Source: Eledone cirrhosa (Eukaryota). From it: a DNA stretch of 64,000 bases. Positions 11,780-25,550 of the stretch are shown piece after piece. Positions within the stretch are counted from its first letter, which is position 1. Every line of letters begins with the position of its first letter. The stretch lies in assembly GCA_964016885.1 (NCBI GenBank), contig OZ024741.1:169508001-169572000 (forward strand), read 5' to 3'. The position numbers and the translations under genes are program-made. The notes below the pieces were generated by a model. The model ran no database searches. It was not told the DNA's origin and worked only from the letters and a program-made list of their open reading frames with translations.

Positions 11780-14710
11780 CATATAACGAGACAATCACTT
11801 GATCACCTATAGATCAGGGGAGCACACCAGCCAGATAGATTTTATCCTTACTAGAAGATGAGACAGAGTGTCTGTTGTAAACACTAAGTCCCACCCTGGA
11901 GAAAAATGCACCACCCAACATAGCCTAATAGTTAGTGACCTAGACGAACTTGACGATAGAGGACAACCTTGAGGAGAAGAATGTGGAAGTTAAATGACCT
12001 CACAGCCAGTGACAAATTTAAAGGCATATTACTTGATGCTTTTGACAGTAAGGAAGAGCAATTAGAGACGTACAATATAGAGGAGCAGTGGGAATTCTTG
12101 AAAGTTAACCTGCTGAAGGCGACTGATAAAATCTGTGGCTAGAGCAGACCTTTAAGGAGGAGGAGGAGAATAACTTGGTGGAGGAGACAATTAAGGCTAA
12201 AAGGTATGCTTGGATAGAATGGCGATATGGGGGAAGTAGAGAACACTGTCTGGTGGTTAGGAGAGAAGCTAGGTGATGTACTTTCCAAGAAGGGAAGCAG
12301 AGGATTGAAAGTTCAAGCAGGTTCGTTCTACAATGCAAGGACCAAAAATGTGAGGTGTTTAGAATTGCGAGACAATGTGTGAAAGAAAATTGTGATATTA
12401 TCGGGGAGAAGTTTATCCGTAATGATGATGGTGTGCTTGCCCTCACTGATACTGATAAGAAGGTAGCTTGGAAGTGCCACTATGAGAGATTACTAAATGA
12501 GGAGAATGAATGGGATAAAGATAGTTTTCCCCAAGTTGATCCAACAGAGGGACCATCTGTGCAAGTTAATGCTAGTATAGTAAGTAAGGCAATCAAAGAT
12601 ATGAAGACAGGCAAGGCAGCTGGGCCTTCGGGAATAGTTGCTGAGCTGTTGAAAGCATTTTGAATGGTGGGGCATACCATGGTCACCTGGATAGTAAACC
12701 AAGTAATATAGAATGGGGTCATACCGAATGACTGGCGTAACAGCATCACCTTTAACTGCTACAAAGGCAAAGGAGACATTCTAAATAGACGAAAACTATA
12801 GAGGCATTAAGTTAGTTGGCCAGGTCATGAAGGTCACAGAAAAGGTTATCGCACAGCTGATTAGGGATTAAATGCAGTTTGGGTTTGTGCCAGGTAAAAG
12901 TATCACAGATGTTCTCTTCCTTGTACAGCAATTACAGAAGTACCTAGCTAAAAGTAAACCCCCCTCTACTTAGCTTGTGTTGACTTGGAGAAAGCCTTTA
13001 TCAGAGTCCCCTGTTCCATTATCTGGTGGGCTCTTAGAAAACTAGGTGTTGATGAATAGCTTGTGAGAGCTATACAAGCCATGTATAAAGAAACAGTCAG
13101 CAAGGTTAGAATTAATAATTGTTTCTACTTTAGGCACAAGGCCAGCAATTACCCAGTGCATTACTGGTACTTTATTTTATCGACCGCGTAAGGATGAAAG
13201 GCAAAGTCAACCTCGGCAGGATTTGAACTCAGATCGTAAAGGGACATAACTATGCTGGAAAGCATGGCGTCCGACCCTCTACCGATACTGCCAATCCATA
13301 ATGAATATAGTAAAGAATTTAGTGTAAAAGTAGGTGTTCACCAAGACTCTGTCCTTATCCCCCACCTGTTTATTAATACTACTATAACAGACGAGTTTAA
13401 GACAGGCTGCCCATGGGAACTTCTATATGCAGATGATCTAACTCTCATAGCTCAATCTATGGCAGAATTAGAGAAGAAATTCTAAACCTGGAAGCATGGC
13501 CTAGAATCAAAAGGCCTTAAAGTTAACTTGTCTAAGACTAAAGTTCTAGTATGTAGAAAGGAAAATGAGAAATGGCCTTGCTCAGTGTGTAGGAAAGGAG
13601 TAGGCAGAAATTCAATTCTATGTTCCAAATGCAAGCTGTGGGTACATAAAAGATGTAGTGACATCACAGGCAAGCTATTAAAGAATGTAGGTTTTATATG
13701 TGGCCAATGCCATCACATGTAGTAAGTAGCAAGTGCCCACTGGATACTAGTTCCTTCAACTGCCCAGATGGTTCTATAGACATAGTAAACACTTTCTGTT
13801 ACCTGGGTGACAAAATCAGCAGTGGAGGAAGGTGTTTTGAAAGTATGGTAGCCAGAGTAAGAAAGGGATGGAAAAAGTTCAGAGAGCTAATAGAGCTTTT
13901 GGCCACAAAAGGTTTCTCTCTAAAACGGAAAGGCGGATTGTTTGATGCTTGTATCATCATCATCCTCATTGTTTAATGTCCATCTTCTACGCTAGCATGG
14001 GTTAGATGGTTTTGTTCCATTTGATGTGGGAATGGTTGGGAGACCGTGTCTCGCTTGCACAGAAGTGTCTCTGGCAGGTTTTTTACAGCTGGATGCCCTT
14101 CCTAATACGAACCACATTTACAGTGTGGTCTGTTGTATCATCGACACAGTGGACGGAATGGGAAAGGGAGGATGGTGTAGGGTGTGGGGTGTACAAACAG
14201 CGATGTTACATGGTAGTGAGACCTGGGCATTGTGTGTAGATGATTGGCGCATATTGGAAAGAAACGAAGCATGCATGCTCCAATGGATGTGGAATAGTAA
14301 TATACACAAACAGCAAGCATAAACGAACTAAGTGAGAAATTAGGCACAACAGGGATAAGATAGAGTTTACTAGAGAGGAGATTGTGTTGGAAGGGCATGT
14401 GATGAGTATGAAGGACGACAGCTGTATAAAAAAGTGCAGGGTGATCAAAATTGATGGAAGCTACAGAATAGGTAGACCCAGAAAGACCTGGGACGAGGTG
14501 ATAAAAGCTAACCTTGCACACTTGAACCTCTCTAACACAATGACACAGGATCGAGAGTTGGCGTTAGAAAGGGCATTCAGTCAGCCGTAGAAAACCAGCC
14601 AGAAACAGTCTTATATGAGCGAGACACGGTCACCCGATCAAACTTACATCAAATGGGACAAATCCGTCTAACCGATGCTAGCGTGGAAGATGGGCATTAA
14701 ATGATCATGA
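11780..14710 (+). mobile_element. Degenerate RTE LINE with stops and frameshifts, carrying nested SINE (13112-13297) and LINE-tail (~13952-14130) insertions
   Basis: Fragmented ORFs homologous to the 26005 ORF (CPWELLYADD, WPCSVCRKGVG). Confidence 0.9.
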
Positions 14711-15412
14711 TAGGAAGGGCATCCAGCTGTAAAAATTCCAGCCAAAATACAGTTCCGTCTAAGCAAGGTATGATGCGGCCGCTTGCCAGACTTGTCTCAT
14801 GAGGTGGGCGACATGTCTAACCCATGCAAGCATGGAAAAATAGATGTTTAACGGTGATGATTATATATATGCAGGGTAATATACAATATATAAAATAAGG
14901 ATACATTTAATCTCACTGTGAAAATGGAACCCTGTGAATTAAATCGAATACTTTGTAGTATTTGTTCTGGCTCTCTGCACTGAGTATAAATCCTGCCTTT
15001 CATCCTTTTGAGGTTGATAAGAAAATGTACTACTGGCGTGAATTCTTCCTCCTGCCCTCTCCTTCAGACAGGAAGAGGAATGGGTTCTGCAAGGTTTAAA
15101 ATGCCTAACAAATGCTGTATGCCACTATGGTGCGCTACAGCTTCACCAGGAGTTACAGGTCCATACGCACATAACTATGTAATAAATGAAGAACTCTAAA
15201 CTTACTTGAATGAAGGAAATCAGGCAATTTCTAAGGAGAATTATTAGCATAACCCTCCTTGGACAAGTATGAGGCAACAACTGGTGGCAGCCTTTACTGT
15301 AGAGATGATGGCATAGTTGTACAAGCTATCATCATCATCATTGTTTAACGTCTATCTTCCACGCTAGCATGGGTTTAGACGAAGCTATAAAAGTTGAATT
15401 TACATTGATATA

Positions 15413-15938
15413 CAGGTACTCCTTGACTTATGACCAGGTTGCATTCCAACCGAGCGTAAATTGATATGGCCGTGACTGGAATATTTGACATGACCGTGGT
15501 GGGAATACCTTACAGACATTCCTCTTAAGCACTGTACTGTATAACTAATACATCTTATTTCATCTTTTTTATGCATTATTATATGTATTTACCTAAACAG
15601 GTAGGTTATTTACTTTGGTGTTTAAAAATATTTGAATGAAGGAAAGTCTGAATTTAATTGCTGATGCATAATAATGCTGAAAGAAAATGCAAGTGCACAT
15701 GTAGAAAAATTAATTGTTTCTATTTTAGGCACAAGGCCAGCAATTACCCAGTACATTACTGGTACTTATTTTAACTACCCCCGTAAGGATGAAAGGCAAA
15801 GTTAACCTCGGCCAGATTTGAACTCAGATCGTAAAGGGACGTAACTATGCTGGAAAGCATGTCCGACCCTCTACCGATACTGCCAATCCACTGTAGAAAA
15901 ATTAATGGGCAACAGTTGTATTTTGAGGGATACCTATA
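15413..15938. mobile_element. Tigger/pogo-like MITE with nested SINE A
   Basis: TA|CAGGTACTCCTTGACTTATGAC left end, degraded right end GAGGGATACCTATA. Confidence 0.55.
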
Positions 15939-18689
15939 ATGACCTTTTGGGACATATATTTCCCACTAGGTTTTTAAGTTAGACTTAAGGGACATATGTG
16001 TAAGATGAGTCTTGAAAGGTATAACATAACACCTCCACTATTGAATGATGATACACTAAAAATAAAGAGAGCTTACACACAATCTAGAAACTGTCACCAG
16101 CAGGATTTCCCAAATATTGATTAACCCCCACTAACAATTGAACAGAACATTCAAAGATCTCCATAGAAACATACACACAATTAATTAACCACATTCACTG
16201 CAAAAGCAATTAAATGTTTGACTTGCAATTAATTATTTATACAGATTAATTACTAGTAATCAATACTAACTAAATGAATTAGGCACTACCTTAATTGGTT
16301 TTCTTTTGATATGTTATTCAGTTATTACTATTATTTATTAAAGCAATAGATTGCTGACTAAAAGCTTTACTGTATTTAGTTATGCTCTGAATTCAATTCC
16401 AAGGTTACCTTTGCCTTTCATCCTGCTGGAGGTTGATCCTTGCTGGAACATTTATGATCATAGGTTTATGAATGGAGGCACATGGCTTAGTGGTTAGAGC
16501 ATTGGCCTTGCAATCGAAAAGTTGTGAGTTCAATTCTCAGACTGGGTGATGTGTTGATTCCTTGAGCAAGGATCTTTATTTCACATTGCTCCAGTTTACT
16601 CAGCTGTAGAAATGAGATGATAGGGACTGGGGTCCCTATCATTCCACTGCAAAGTGGTCGTGGAGGTGCCACGGCAAAAAAGCACCCAGCACTCACTGTA
16701 AATGAGGTTGGTGTTAGGAAGGGCATCCAGCTGTAGAAATCAAGCCAGAATCAGTTCCCGTCCCACCCTTGCAAGCAGGGAAAAGTTGACGTAAAATGAA
16801 ATGAATGATGATGATGATGTTTACATGATTAATGGTAACCTATGAGAGGAAGAAAATAAACAGCCAGTGTTGATTAAACCAGCTATACACCTCCGCTCCA
16901 GAGTTTGTGACATTGTACCTATCTTAGAATTTTGAGGTGACCTAGAGCCAAACAAAATCTTTGACCTTGTATCTATCTTAGAAATCAGGCCTAACCTGGG
17001 GTTAAACAACAATAGCTATCGTTGATTTATCTGGTTATAGCCCTTCTCCTTATCTTAGAAATTATTAGACAACAGTAGATTGCTAGATTAAATACCTTAA
17101 AATATACAGTTACGTGCTAAAATCTTTTGAGTTCAAATCCTGTCCAAGTTGACTTTGCTTCTCAGTCATCTAAAGTCGGTGTGGGTGGGGAGAAGGAGGA
17201 GGGATAATAATATAAGTCACAGACAAGTAATGAGTTGGTTCAATCAAGTATACCCCACCGCATATGTAATTTGTAGACCTGAGCAAACATAAGACCAATT
17301 TATTATTATGGCAGCATTATTGGTAAATTGGGTGGATAACTGGCAGAATTTTTAGACTCTGACAAATGCTTTGTGCTGTTTCAGCTTGTTTTGAGTTAAA
17401 AGATGTCTTTCATCATTTGAAAGTCAATAAATAAAGCGCCACTCAAGTAATGAGGCCTTTTCTGTATCTCTCAGAACTTGTTATTTGATTGAATTTGTAA
17501 AATATGATAAGATTGTGAGCCACGAGGAATGGCAAGTTCTCACATTTAAGGATAGAAAAATTCTTTAAAGAAAAGTGAAGGTTATACGTAGTGGGAAGTG
17601 ATTGTGCTTCAAAGATTCAATGTCAAATGTATTCAGTTAAGGTTTGCAATAATACAGGGTTACCATAGCCTGCTAATATGTTTTTTTTTAGAGATTAATA
17701 AACAAGGTATTCACTATTATACTAGTTTTCAAAAGTTTAAGGGTAATCAAATATGCAGCCTGTCCTATGACATATTTGTATGAACAAAGGAGTATTTATT
17801 TCGAAAACAGCCTCGCCTAAAATCATTATCTCTCTGTTTGTCACAACAATTTAACATATAGTTTCGTTCGCTGTATTCCCTAAACAAGTTCATGCTGATA
17901 CATTACTGCCAATAACCTATTAATTCCCCTTACAACACCTTTAACCAACAAGATAGCATGTACATGGTAGATCCCTTTACTAGAAATAACAGCCCTCAAA
18001 AAAACCATGCTGTTTTAAAGAATACTTTAGACATTGTTATCCAAGATAGACAAATACACAGGATAGCCCTGCTGGTTTGGGGCTAGTATAAGGCTGAATA
18101 TGTGTATTGAGAAGTTTCCTAAAATGCAGCATTTGAAACACAAAATTTACAAAGGTAGGAGTGATGTTCATGTGATTTGCAGGATAGGTAAAGGAAGTAG
18201 AATGAAAAATGATATCAACTCCAATTCAAAATTGCTTTACAGGTTTTGCTCATTGGTTTCCAGATGTTCAATGAACAGACCAGCATAGCCTGTTTGGGAA
18301 ATTAATGTGCAAGTGCCTGAGTATTCTGTAGATAGATGTACCCTTAAAGTAATTCTCAAGGAAATTCAGCATGACACAATGTGTTAAAAGGCTGGCCTTA
18401 CAGATTGCACATACCCAATTTCACTCACAAGGCTGGGACTGACTTGAAGCTAAAGTAAATAAGTCACAGTAGGTTAAAAACCCAGGAGGTTATGATTGCA
18501 ATGCAAACTTTTCAACCATTTGACCATAAAGGGTACTTTTGCTTCTACCGGACATCAGATGAGCCAACAAAGCAATCCTCTACATGTTTATTTGATCTGC
18601 AAGAAATAACTTTCAATTCCTTTACAACCAAACCGTGGCACATGATTCAATTCAGCATTATTTTTGTTAGTACTCTGCTTGACAATGGG

Positions 18690-18860
18690 TACACATGTAT
18701 CAGGGATGCCCTGCACCTTGGCCTACATATGTATGAGCCACACAAATGTGGAGGTACTGTTGATGAGTTTAGGCTACACCCACTTTCTTGTCATAATGTG
18801 GGATGTTCTCGATGCCATACTACTTCGAATGAAATCGTTAAGAACTTTGATGCAACCAGT
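18690..18860 (+). mobile_element. CRE/RLE-type LINE relic
   Basis: LHLG..PHKCGGTVD...HPLSC...CH...NEIV resembles the CCHC that precedes restriction-like endonucleases. Confidence 0.55.
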
Positions 18861-19086
18861 TTCCTAACATTTAAAGTAAATTCAAGCACACAAGTTATGT
18901 ATTTCCGCAAACATGATCATTCTAATGGAAGTGAGGTTACTTTAACCACGATTCAAAACCGACACACCGAGGAACATAGAGTAAATTAATCATAATGAAC
19001 TTAGTTACTTAGTTACATGCACACGCGCCTATTTAAGATACGAATGGGAAGGTATAATATGAATGAACTGACTGTTATGACTACAG

Positions 19087-19249
<163 letters not shown>

Positions 19250-21432
19250 CAATGGAGGCACATGGCTTAGTGGTTAGAGCATTGGCCTTGCAATCGAAAG
19301 GTTGTGAGTTCAATTCTCAGACGGGTGATGTGTTGTTTCCTTGAGCAAGACACTTTATTTCACATTGCTCCAGTTTACTCAGCTGTAGAAATGAGATGAT
19401 AGGGACTGGGGTCCCTATCATTCCACTGCAAAGTGGTCGTGTAGGTGCCACGGTAAAAAAAGCACCCAGCACTCACTGTAAATGAGGTTGGTGTTAGGAA
19501 GGGCATCCAGCTGTAGAAATCAAGCCAGAATCAGTTCCCGTCCCACCCTTGCAAGCAGGGAAAAGTGGACGTAAAATGAAATGATGATGATGATGATAGC
19601 AACCGTAAAAGCTCTGCCCAAATGCGGTCCTTCTATGAGAAAGGTATGGCGCAACCACCTGCTAGACCTTCCTCATAGTGGGAATATCCAGCTCCCAAAA
19701 TACACTTCAGCAATGAGCAAGATACGGCGCGGCCAACTGGCCAGACTCTACCCATAATGGGACAACCCAGTTCCACACTGTAAATGTGGTTGGTGTTAGG
19801 AAGGGCATCCATCTGTAAAGAACCCAGGTAAAATACAGTTTCGCTTGAGCAAGGCATGGTGTGGCCAGACTTGTCTGATAACGTGGGCGATCCATCTAAT
19901 AATCTAATTTATATATATATATATATATCAATGGGAAACTAACACAATCTATACGTTATTTTCCCAATATATACATGTTCGTTCATGGAAAATTCATTTC
20001 CAATTCTCATAATTCAAATAATTGTTTCTACTTTTGGCACAAGCAATTATACCAGTGAATTACTGGTACTTTATTTTATCGACCCCTTAAGGATGAAAGG
20101 CAAAGTTAACCTCGACGGGATTTGAACTCAGACCGACAAGTTAACCGAACCAAACCAAAGAAATGGATGTTCGAGTCAATGATGAAACCTGTCATTCTAG
20201 CAGAAATAGCAGCCACAACTCTCCCCAATCACATCCTACCGAATTAAAAATGGAAATATACGCTGGATATTGAGGTCCATGAGAAAAGAAAAAGTTGGAC
20301 GGGAAAACTTTTGATCATAGTCTGCTCATTCAGGACCGACCTGGAGATAAACATCTGGTCAAACGGAATCGATCAAAGACTTAACCAACCGTGATCATGC
20401 AGTATTTTTTCAGATATAGTATATCCAGGACCACATTATCTAACATGTGCTCGTTTCTTTTTAAAGGTATGTTGTGAATGTGATTGGGTGCTGCTTCTAG
20501 CATATCGAGTGACCGTATAAAGATATCATTATTGGAATTTATAGAAAGTATGGTAATATGAGAAATTTTAAGTCGGCTGTCGCCTGTTGCGTTTGGAATG
20601 AAGAAAAAGGAGTCGTGGGTTGTAGAGACGACGGAAAATAAAACAATAATTGTTTCTAATTTTTGGCACAAGGCCAGAAATTACACAGTGCATTACTGGT
20701 ACTTTATTTTATCGACCCCGTAAGGATGAAAGGCAAAGTAAACCTCGGCGGGATTCGAACTCAGAATGGCAAGGACCGTAACTCTGTGCGTCAAAGCATA
20801 GCGTCCGACCCTCTACCGATACTGCCAATCCACCACACATAAAACGCATCCAGAGATGCAACAGGCAGCAGCCTTAGTTTCCCATCCTCCTCCTCATCCA
20901 TAACAGCTGCTTGAAATAAGAAACTGACGAGATCCGATTACTTTCAAGAAACACGATTACTCATTGGATACAGGGAACTATATTAATACATCCCGATTGC
21001 ATTGAACTTCCTCTGAATATATATATATTCAAGAGATTTATATATATAAACGATTCTGATAAAATTAAGAATTTAAACTGTATTTGCTTCTAGTGAAACT
21101 CTCTCTATATATATACTTTCATATTACACATGTGTGCGTTTTTTCTCAATAAATATTTTCAACAAATTTTCTATACCGCGGGGGTGGGTGATAACGATAA
21201 AACAAAACAAAATATGCTAACTTTTCATTAAGAGGACCATTATACGTAAATATCAATGGAAGGTAATCTACACTAGCAGAAATATATAAGTAGGTAACGA
21301 TGTAACAAGGAAAACATTATCAATCAGTTATCGAATATCGATATACCATACTGGAATTATAGATAATTATGACAAATATATTTAGATAATTAGAGGAAAT
21401 ACAAAATAAGAGATGATTGTCAAAAGACTTAC

Positions 21433-21442
21433 CAGACGCCAT
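21433..21442 (-). CDS. Putative first coding exon (M-A-S plus 1 nt) of an unidentified divergent gene
   Basis: Minus strand reads GTGAAAATGGCGTCTG|GTAAGT: strong Kozak context and a perfect donor, in a CpG-retaining promoter zone. Confidence 0.6.
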
Positions 21443-21910
21443 TTTCACGTTGGCTCATATCTTCGTGCTCAGCAGCAAATGGATCGTCAAGAATGCGGTA
21501 CAGTTGTTTAGATAAATAAATAAAAAGTAAATGAATAAAAGAAAATAACAATAGCCTACTGTTAGGAAAAAAAATAATTTCGTAAATTATGGAAATAAAA
21601 TCGCATTTCGAAATTTTCATTGAGTTCATATTCTACGAAGAAAGCAGAGGGCTTTCCTAGAAACGTCAGAATTCTCGGCTCTAAACGTCATTCAAACTTA
21701 TTCAAAGTGTGAACTTTACTACATTGCAAACACACAGATGCACAAAAGAAAATGACATATATTTATCTAATGGAATTAAATAAAATATATAAAATGATAT
21801 TTTAAAATTTAAAAGAAATATTACTTGTGTAATAAATTCTTTTTCTTATTAATTGTTTTCTAAATAAATCTTTCGATTATCATAATCTAGCAGTTTTCTG
21901 CGGAACTACG

Positions 21911-21922
21911 TTTGGCGGGAAA
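21911..21922 (+). promoter_or_regulatory. E2F binding site TTTGGCGGGAAA
   Basis: Consensus E2F element ending 43 bp before the ATG of a replisome gene. Confidence 0.7.
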
Positions 21923-21964
21923 GCTGAATTTCTTATCTACGTGACAAAAAGTTTAACTTGTGTT

Positions 21965-22044
21965 ATGGATCCCCTGAAAAAACCATCTCTTCGATATGGA
22001 CATAGTCCCGGTCATACCGATGTCTGCTATGATGATACTGGAAG
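21965..22044 (+). CDS. WDHD1: WDHD1/AND-1/Ctf4 coding exon 1 (MDPLKKPSLRYGHSPGHTDVCYDDTG)
   Basis: ATG at 21965, donor AG|GTAAAA, phase 2. Peptide resembles the human WDHD1 N-terminus (KPMRYGHTEGHTEVCFDDSG), recalled from memory. Confidence 0.93.
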
Positions 22045-22176
22045 GTAAAAATGAAATATTTCCTTAAATATGATATTCTTTATTGTGGCTAATTGATAAA
22101 TCTTGATACTCTCGAGATTCTCCTGTGTACAAACAACAGAATCATCAAAAACATGATATTCATATATGTATGTATT

Positions 22177-22214
<38 letters not shown>

Positions 22215-22498
22215 ATTCTGTTGACGAAATCTATTTGTGTTGGTGTTGTTACATTAAGTTAAGTAGTACCAACTAGAGAGCATACCTTAGATTATAAATC
22301 TGCTCATCCTTGACCAAACATCTTTTGGAGTTTCTACTCCATCTAGTATATATATGTGTGTATGTATATATGTATGTAGTAATAAATTATTTTTCTCATC
22401 ACACTCTCACGTCTTAGAAAGATGACATGTTAAATAATGAAAAAGAAGAGATGAGAAGTCTACTCCAATACGAATCTAACCTAGAACTACACAATAGC

Positions 22499-22769
22499 CA
22501 TAGTTTAATTTATATTTTCGGAGGTCCGAGGCACTTCAGGTTTCGGCGACCCCCTCTCATACACAAAAAAAAAAAAATTAGAATACGCAGCAAACCCCCA
22601 AATTTGCATATCAAAGTCAGCTTGGTGTAAGTAATTGGAACTGGAAAGTTATACATACAAGTATTAAATTAAAAAAATTCTAACCATCTTAAAACTAAAA
22701 AGCCCAGCTGATTCACAAATAAATTCCTACGACCGTCGCTGGTGCAGCCCCCCATTAAAAATGGCCCTG
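22499..22769. mobile_element. hAT MITE, same family as 9708
   Basis: 8-bp TSD ACAATAGC, shared internal sequence. Confidence 0.8.
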
Positions 22770-23447
22770 ACAATAGCAGCTAAATATCATGTCTTTAAAA
22801 AGGATACATTTGGAAATATATGCCTACATAGACTGATAAAAATACAAACAAAAACAAAATGATCACAGCTAGTTTTGCTAGATCTATTCTAAACAACAGT
22901 AGCAGACAATTCTTCAAATACCATCATACCTTCTTTTCTTCTTCACCCACTTATTCCTGAGAGGGTTGTGAGGGCAGAGTCCTCAAAAACTCCTAGTGGG
23001 TCCTGTCAGACGCAGCCGTCTCCAACTGATCTGGCTGGATCCCCCAAGCGAAAGCAGCCAAGCTCATAGATGTTATCCAACCATCTTGCTTGGGTCTCCT
23101 GCCGGTTGGTTTTGCTCATAAATCTGTCCAGCAATTCTTTCCTGAGACATTCTAACCACATGCCTATAGAATCGGAGCTGTAATTTCTCAATTCGGAAAA
23201 GTAGTGGCTCTACCTAGAATGACTCTACGTACTTTATTGGGTAAGGTTACTTTAAAGACCCCTCAGAGGAATCCCATTTCAGCCGCTTGTATCCATGATC
23301 ATATTCTTTCGGCATTCCCCAAGATTCATGACCAATAGGTAAGGGTTGGCTCAAATACCAAATTGAAGATATCAATATACTCATTGCTCTGCTCAGTCAG
23401 GGTGGATGCAGCGCAGCATAGCCAAATAGTTTCACTTCACAAACATT

Positions 23448-24172
23448 TGGTGGTATATTTACAGAACAGCCCTATCTGGTGGTAAATTTACAGAACAGCC
23501 CTATCTGGTGGTAAGTTTACAGAACAGCCCTATCTGGTGGTAAATTTACAGAACAGCCCTATCTGGTGGTAAATTTGTAGAACACCCCTATCTGGTGGTA
23601 AATTTATAGAACACCCCTATCTGGTGGTAAATTTATAGAACAGCCCTATCTGGTGGTAAATTTATAGAACACCCCTATCTGGTGGTAAATTTACAGAACA
23701 GCCCTATCTGGTGGTAAATTTATAGAACAGCCCTATCTGGTGGTAAATTTATAGAACAGCTCTATCTGGTGGTAAATTTATAGAACACCCCTATCTGGTG
23801 GTAAATTTATAGAACGACCCTATCTGGTGGTAAATTTACAGAACAGCCCTATCTGGTGGTAAATTTATAGAACGACCCTATCTGGTGGTAAATTTACAGA
23901 ACAGCCCTATCTGGTGGTAAATTTACAGAACAGCCCTATCTGGTGGTAAATTTACAGAACAGCCCTATCTGGTGGTAAATTTACAGAACAGCCCTATCTG
24001 GTGGTAAATTTACAGAACAGCCCTATCTGGTGGTAAATTTACAGAACAGCCCTATCTCTGGTGGTAAATTTATAGAACAGCCCTATCTGGTGGTAAATTT
24101 ACAGAACAGCCCTATCTGGTGGTAAATTTACAGAACAGCCCTATCTGGTGGTAAATTTACAGAACAGCCATA
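23448..24172. repeat. 29-bp minisatellite, about 25 copies (GGTGGTAAATTTAYAGAACAGCCCTATCT)
   Basis: Head-to-tail repeats with no spacers. Confidence 0.95.
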
Positions 24173-24479
24173 TCGATTTCAGTGGGAAATAATTAAACTT
24201 ACTCCGAATAGTGTGAAATTGGGTAGACGGAAACTGTTTGCAATGGATTTCAACTGTACTTCAAAGAGCCAACCTTCTCACACATGCTCTCCCTGAATTT
24301 TACGTTAATGGTACATATATCTATGGAATTATCAGCCATGTATATATATTGATTTCATGAGCAAGTCCATTATATGTGGATTGCTTGATCAGGGCAAATG
24401 TGAGGGTGGGAGTTGTTGGGACCATACCCGGTAGTAACCATTTGTCCTTTTATATATTGTAATTCCATTCACATCTAGG

Positions 24480-25550
24480 ATCATCATCATCATTTTACGT
24501 CTGCTTTTCCTTGCTTGCAAGGGTGGGACGGGTCCTTTTCAGCACAGCATCTCTCCATTCGTCACAGTCCTTCGACATTTCCTCCGTGAGCTTCAGCGAT
24601 CTGAAGTCAGCTCTCACCACCTCCGCCCATGATTTTCATGGTCTTCCTCTACTGCGTCTTCCTTTCACTGGGATTTCTTGGCACTTTTTCACCCAGTGGT
24701 CACCTTCCATGCACATCTCTTGGCCATACCAATGCAGTCTTCTTTCTTGCACACTACAGTTTATCCCTCTTATACCCAGTTTCTCTCTCAACTCGTCTCT
24801 GCTTGGTTGTTCATGCACATTCATCGGAGCATGCTTGATTAATTTCTCTCCAGCCATCGCATATCCTCCGCAGTTGCTGCCCATGTCTCACTACCATGCA
24901 GCATCACGCATCTCACACAGGCATCATATAACCGGCATTTCGTTTGTAGGGAGAAACCCTTCTTTGTCAACAGAGGAAGCAGTTCCCTAAACTTCTTCCA
25001 ACCCGTCCTTATTGTAGAGCCTCGGAGCACTCTCCCCTCTTGCTAATCTGATTACCTAGGTATTGGAAGCTATCAACCACCTCTATAGATCCTACCTGCA
25101 TTTGAAAAATGTGTCTATCACTGCCACTTCTACTATCAAATTTCCCTGAACATCTAATGCATATGTAGTTTTCCCTACCTGTTAATTTACCTGCTATCCC
25201 ACTACACCTCTTGTGTAGCCAAGATCTGCATTGTGTAGAATTTATGCCAATTTCTTTTCTACATATCGAGCATGGTGATTTCCCTGATGGAATCAGAGTT
25301 TTGTCCTCTTTCCTACTTATCAACACATAGTTAGGTTCACTCTCAGTCCTCTTGATTCCAACTGCTGTTTCCATAGCCAGAATTTATTCTCTAGCTCCTC
25401 TACTGATTCTTCTATAAGAACCAAATCGTCAGCATAGAGAAGTTCCCATGGACAGCCAGTCTTAAACTCTTCTGTTATGGCTTGGAGAACTATAATGAAC
25501 AAGAGTGGGCTGAGGACCGAACCCTTATGTACACCTACTTGTATCTGGAT
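24480..25550 (-). mobile_element. 5'-truncated degenerate RTE LINE (family 2)
   Basis: Minus-strand ORFs with FKTGCPWELLYADD and ERRLHWYG. Short tail CCCTTGCAAGC..GACGTAAAATGATG. Confidence 0.9.

Noticed and set aside
16822-16860. Strong minus-strand acceptor (TTTTCTTCCTCTCATAG)
   Set aside because: It gives a stop in phase 1 and runs into a SINE after about 20 nt, so no exon could be defined.
23448-24172. CRISPR-like array
   Set aside because: Units are contiguous with no unique spacers, there are no cas genes, and the context is a eukaryotic intron.
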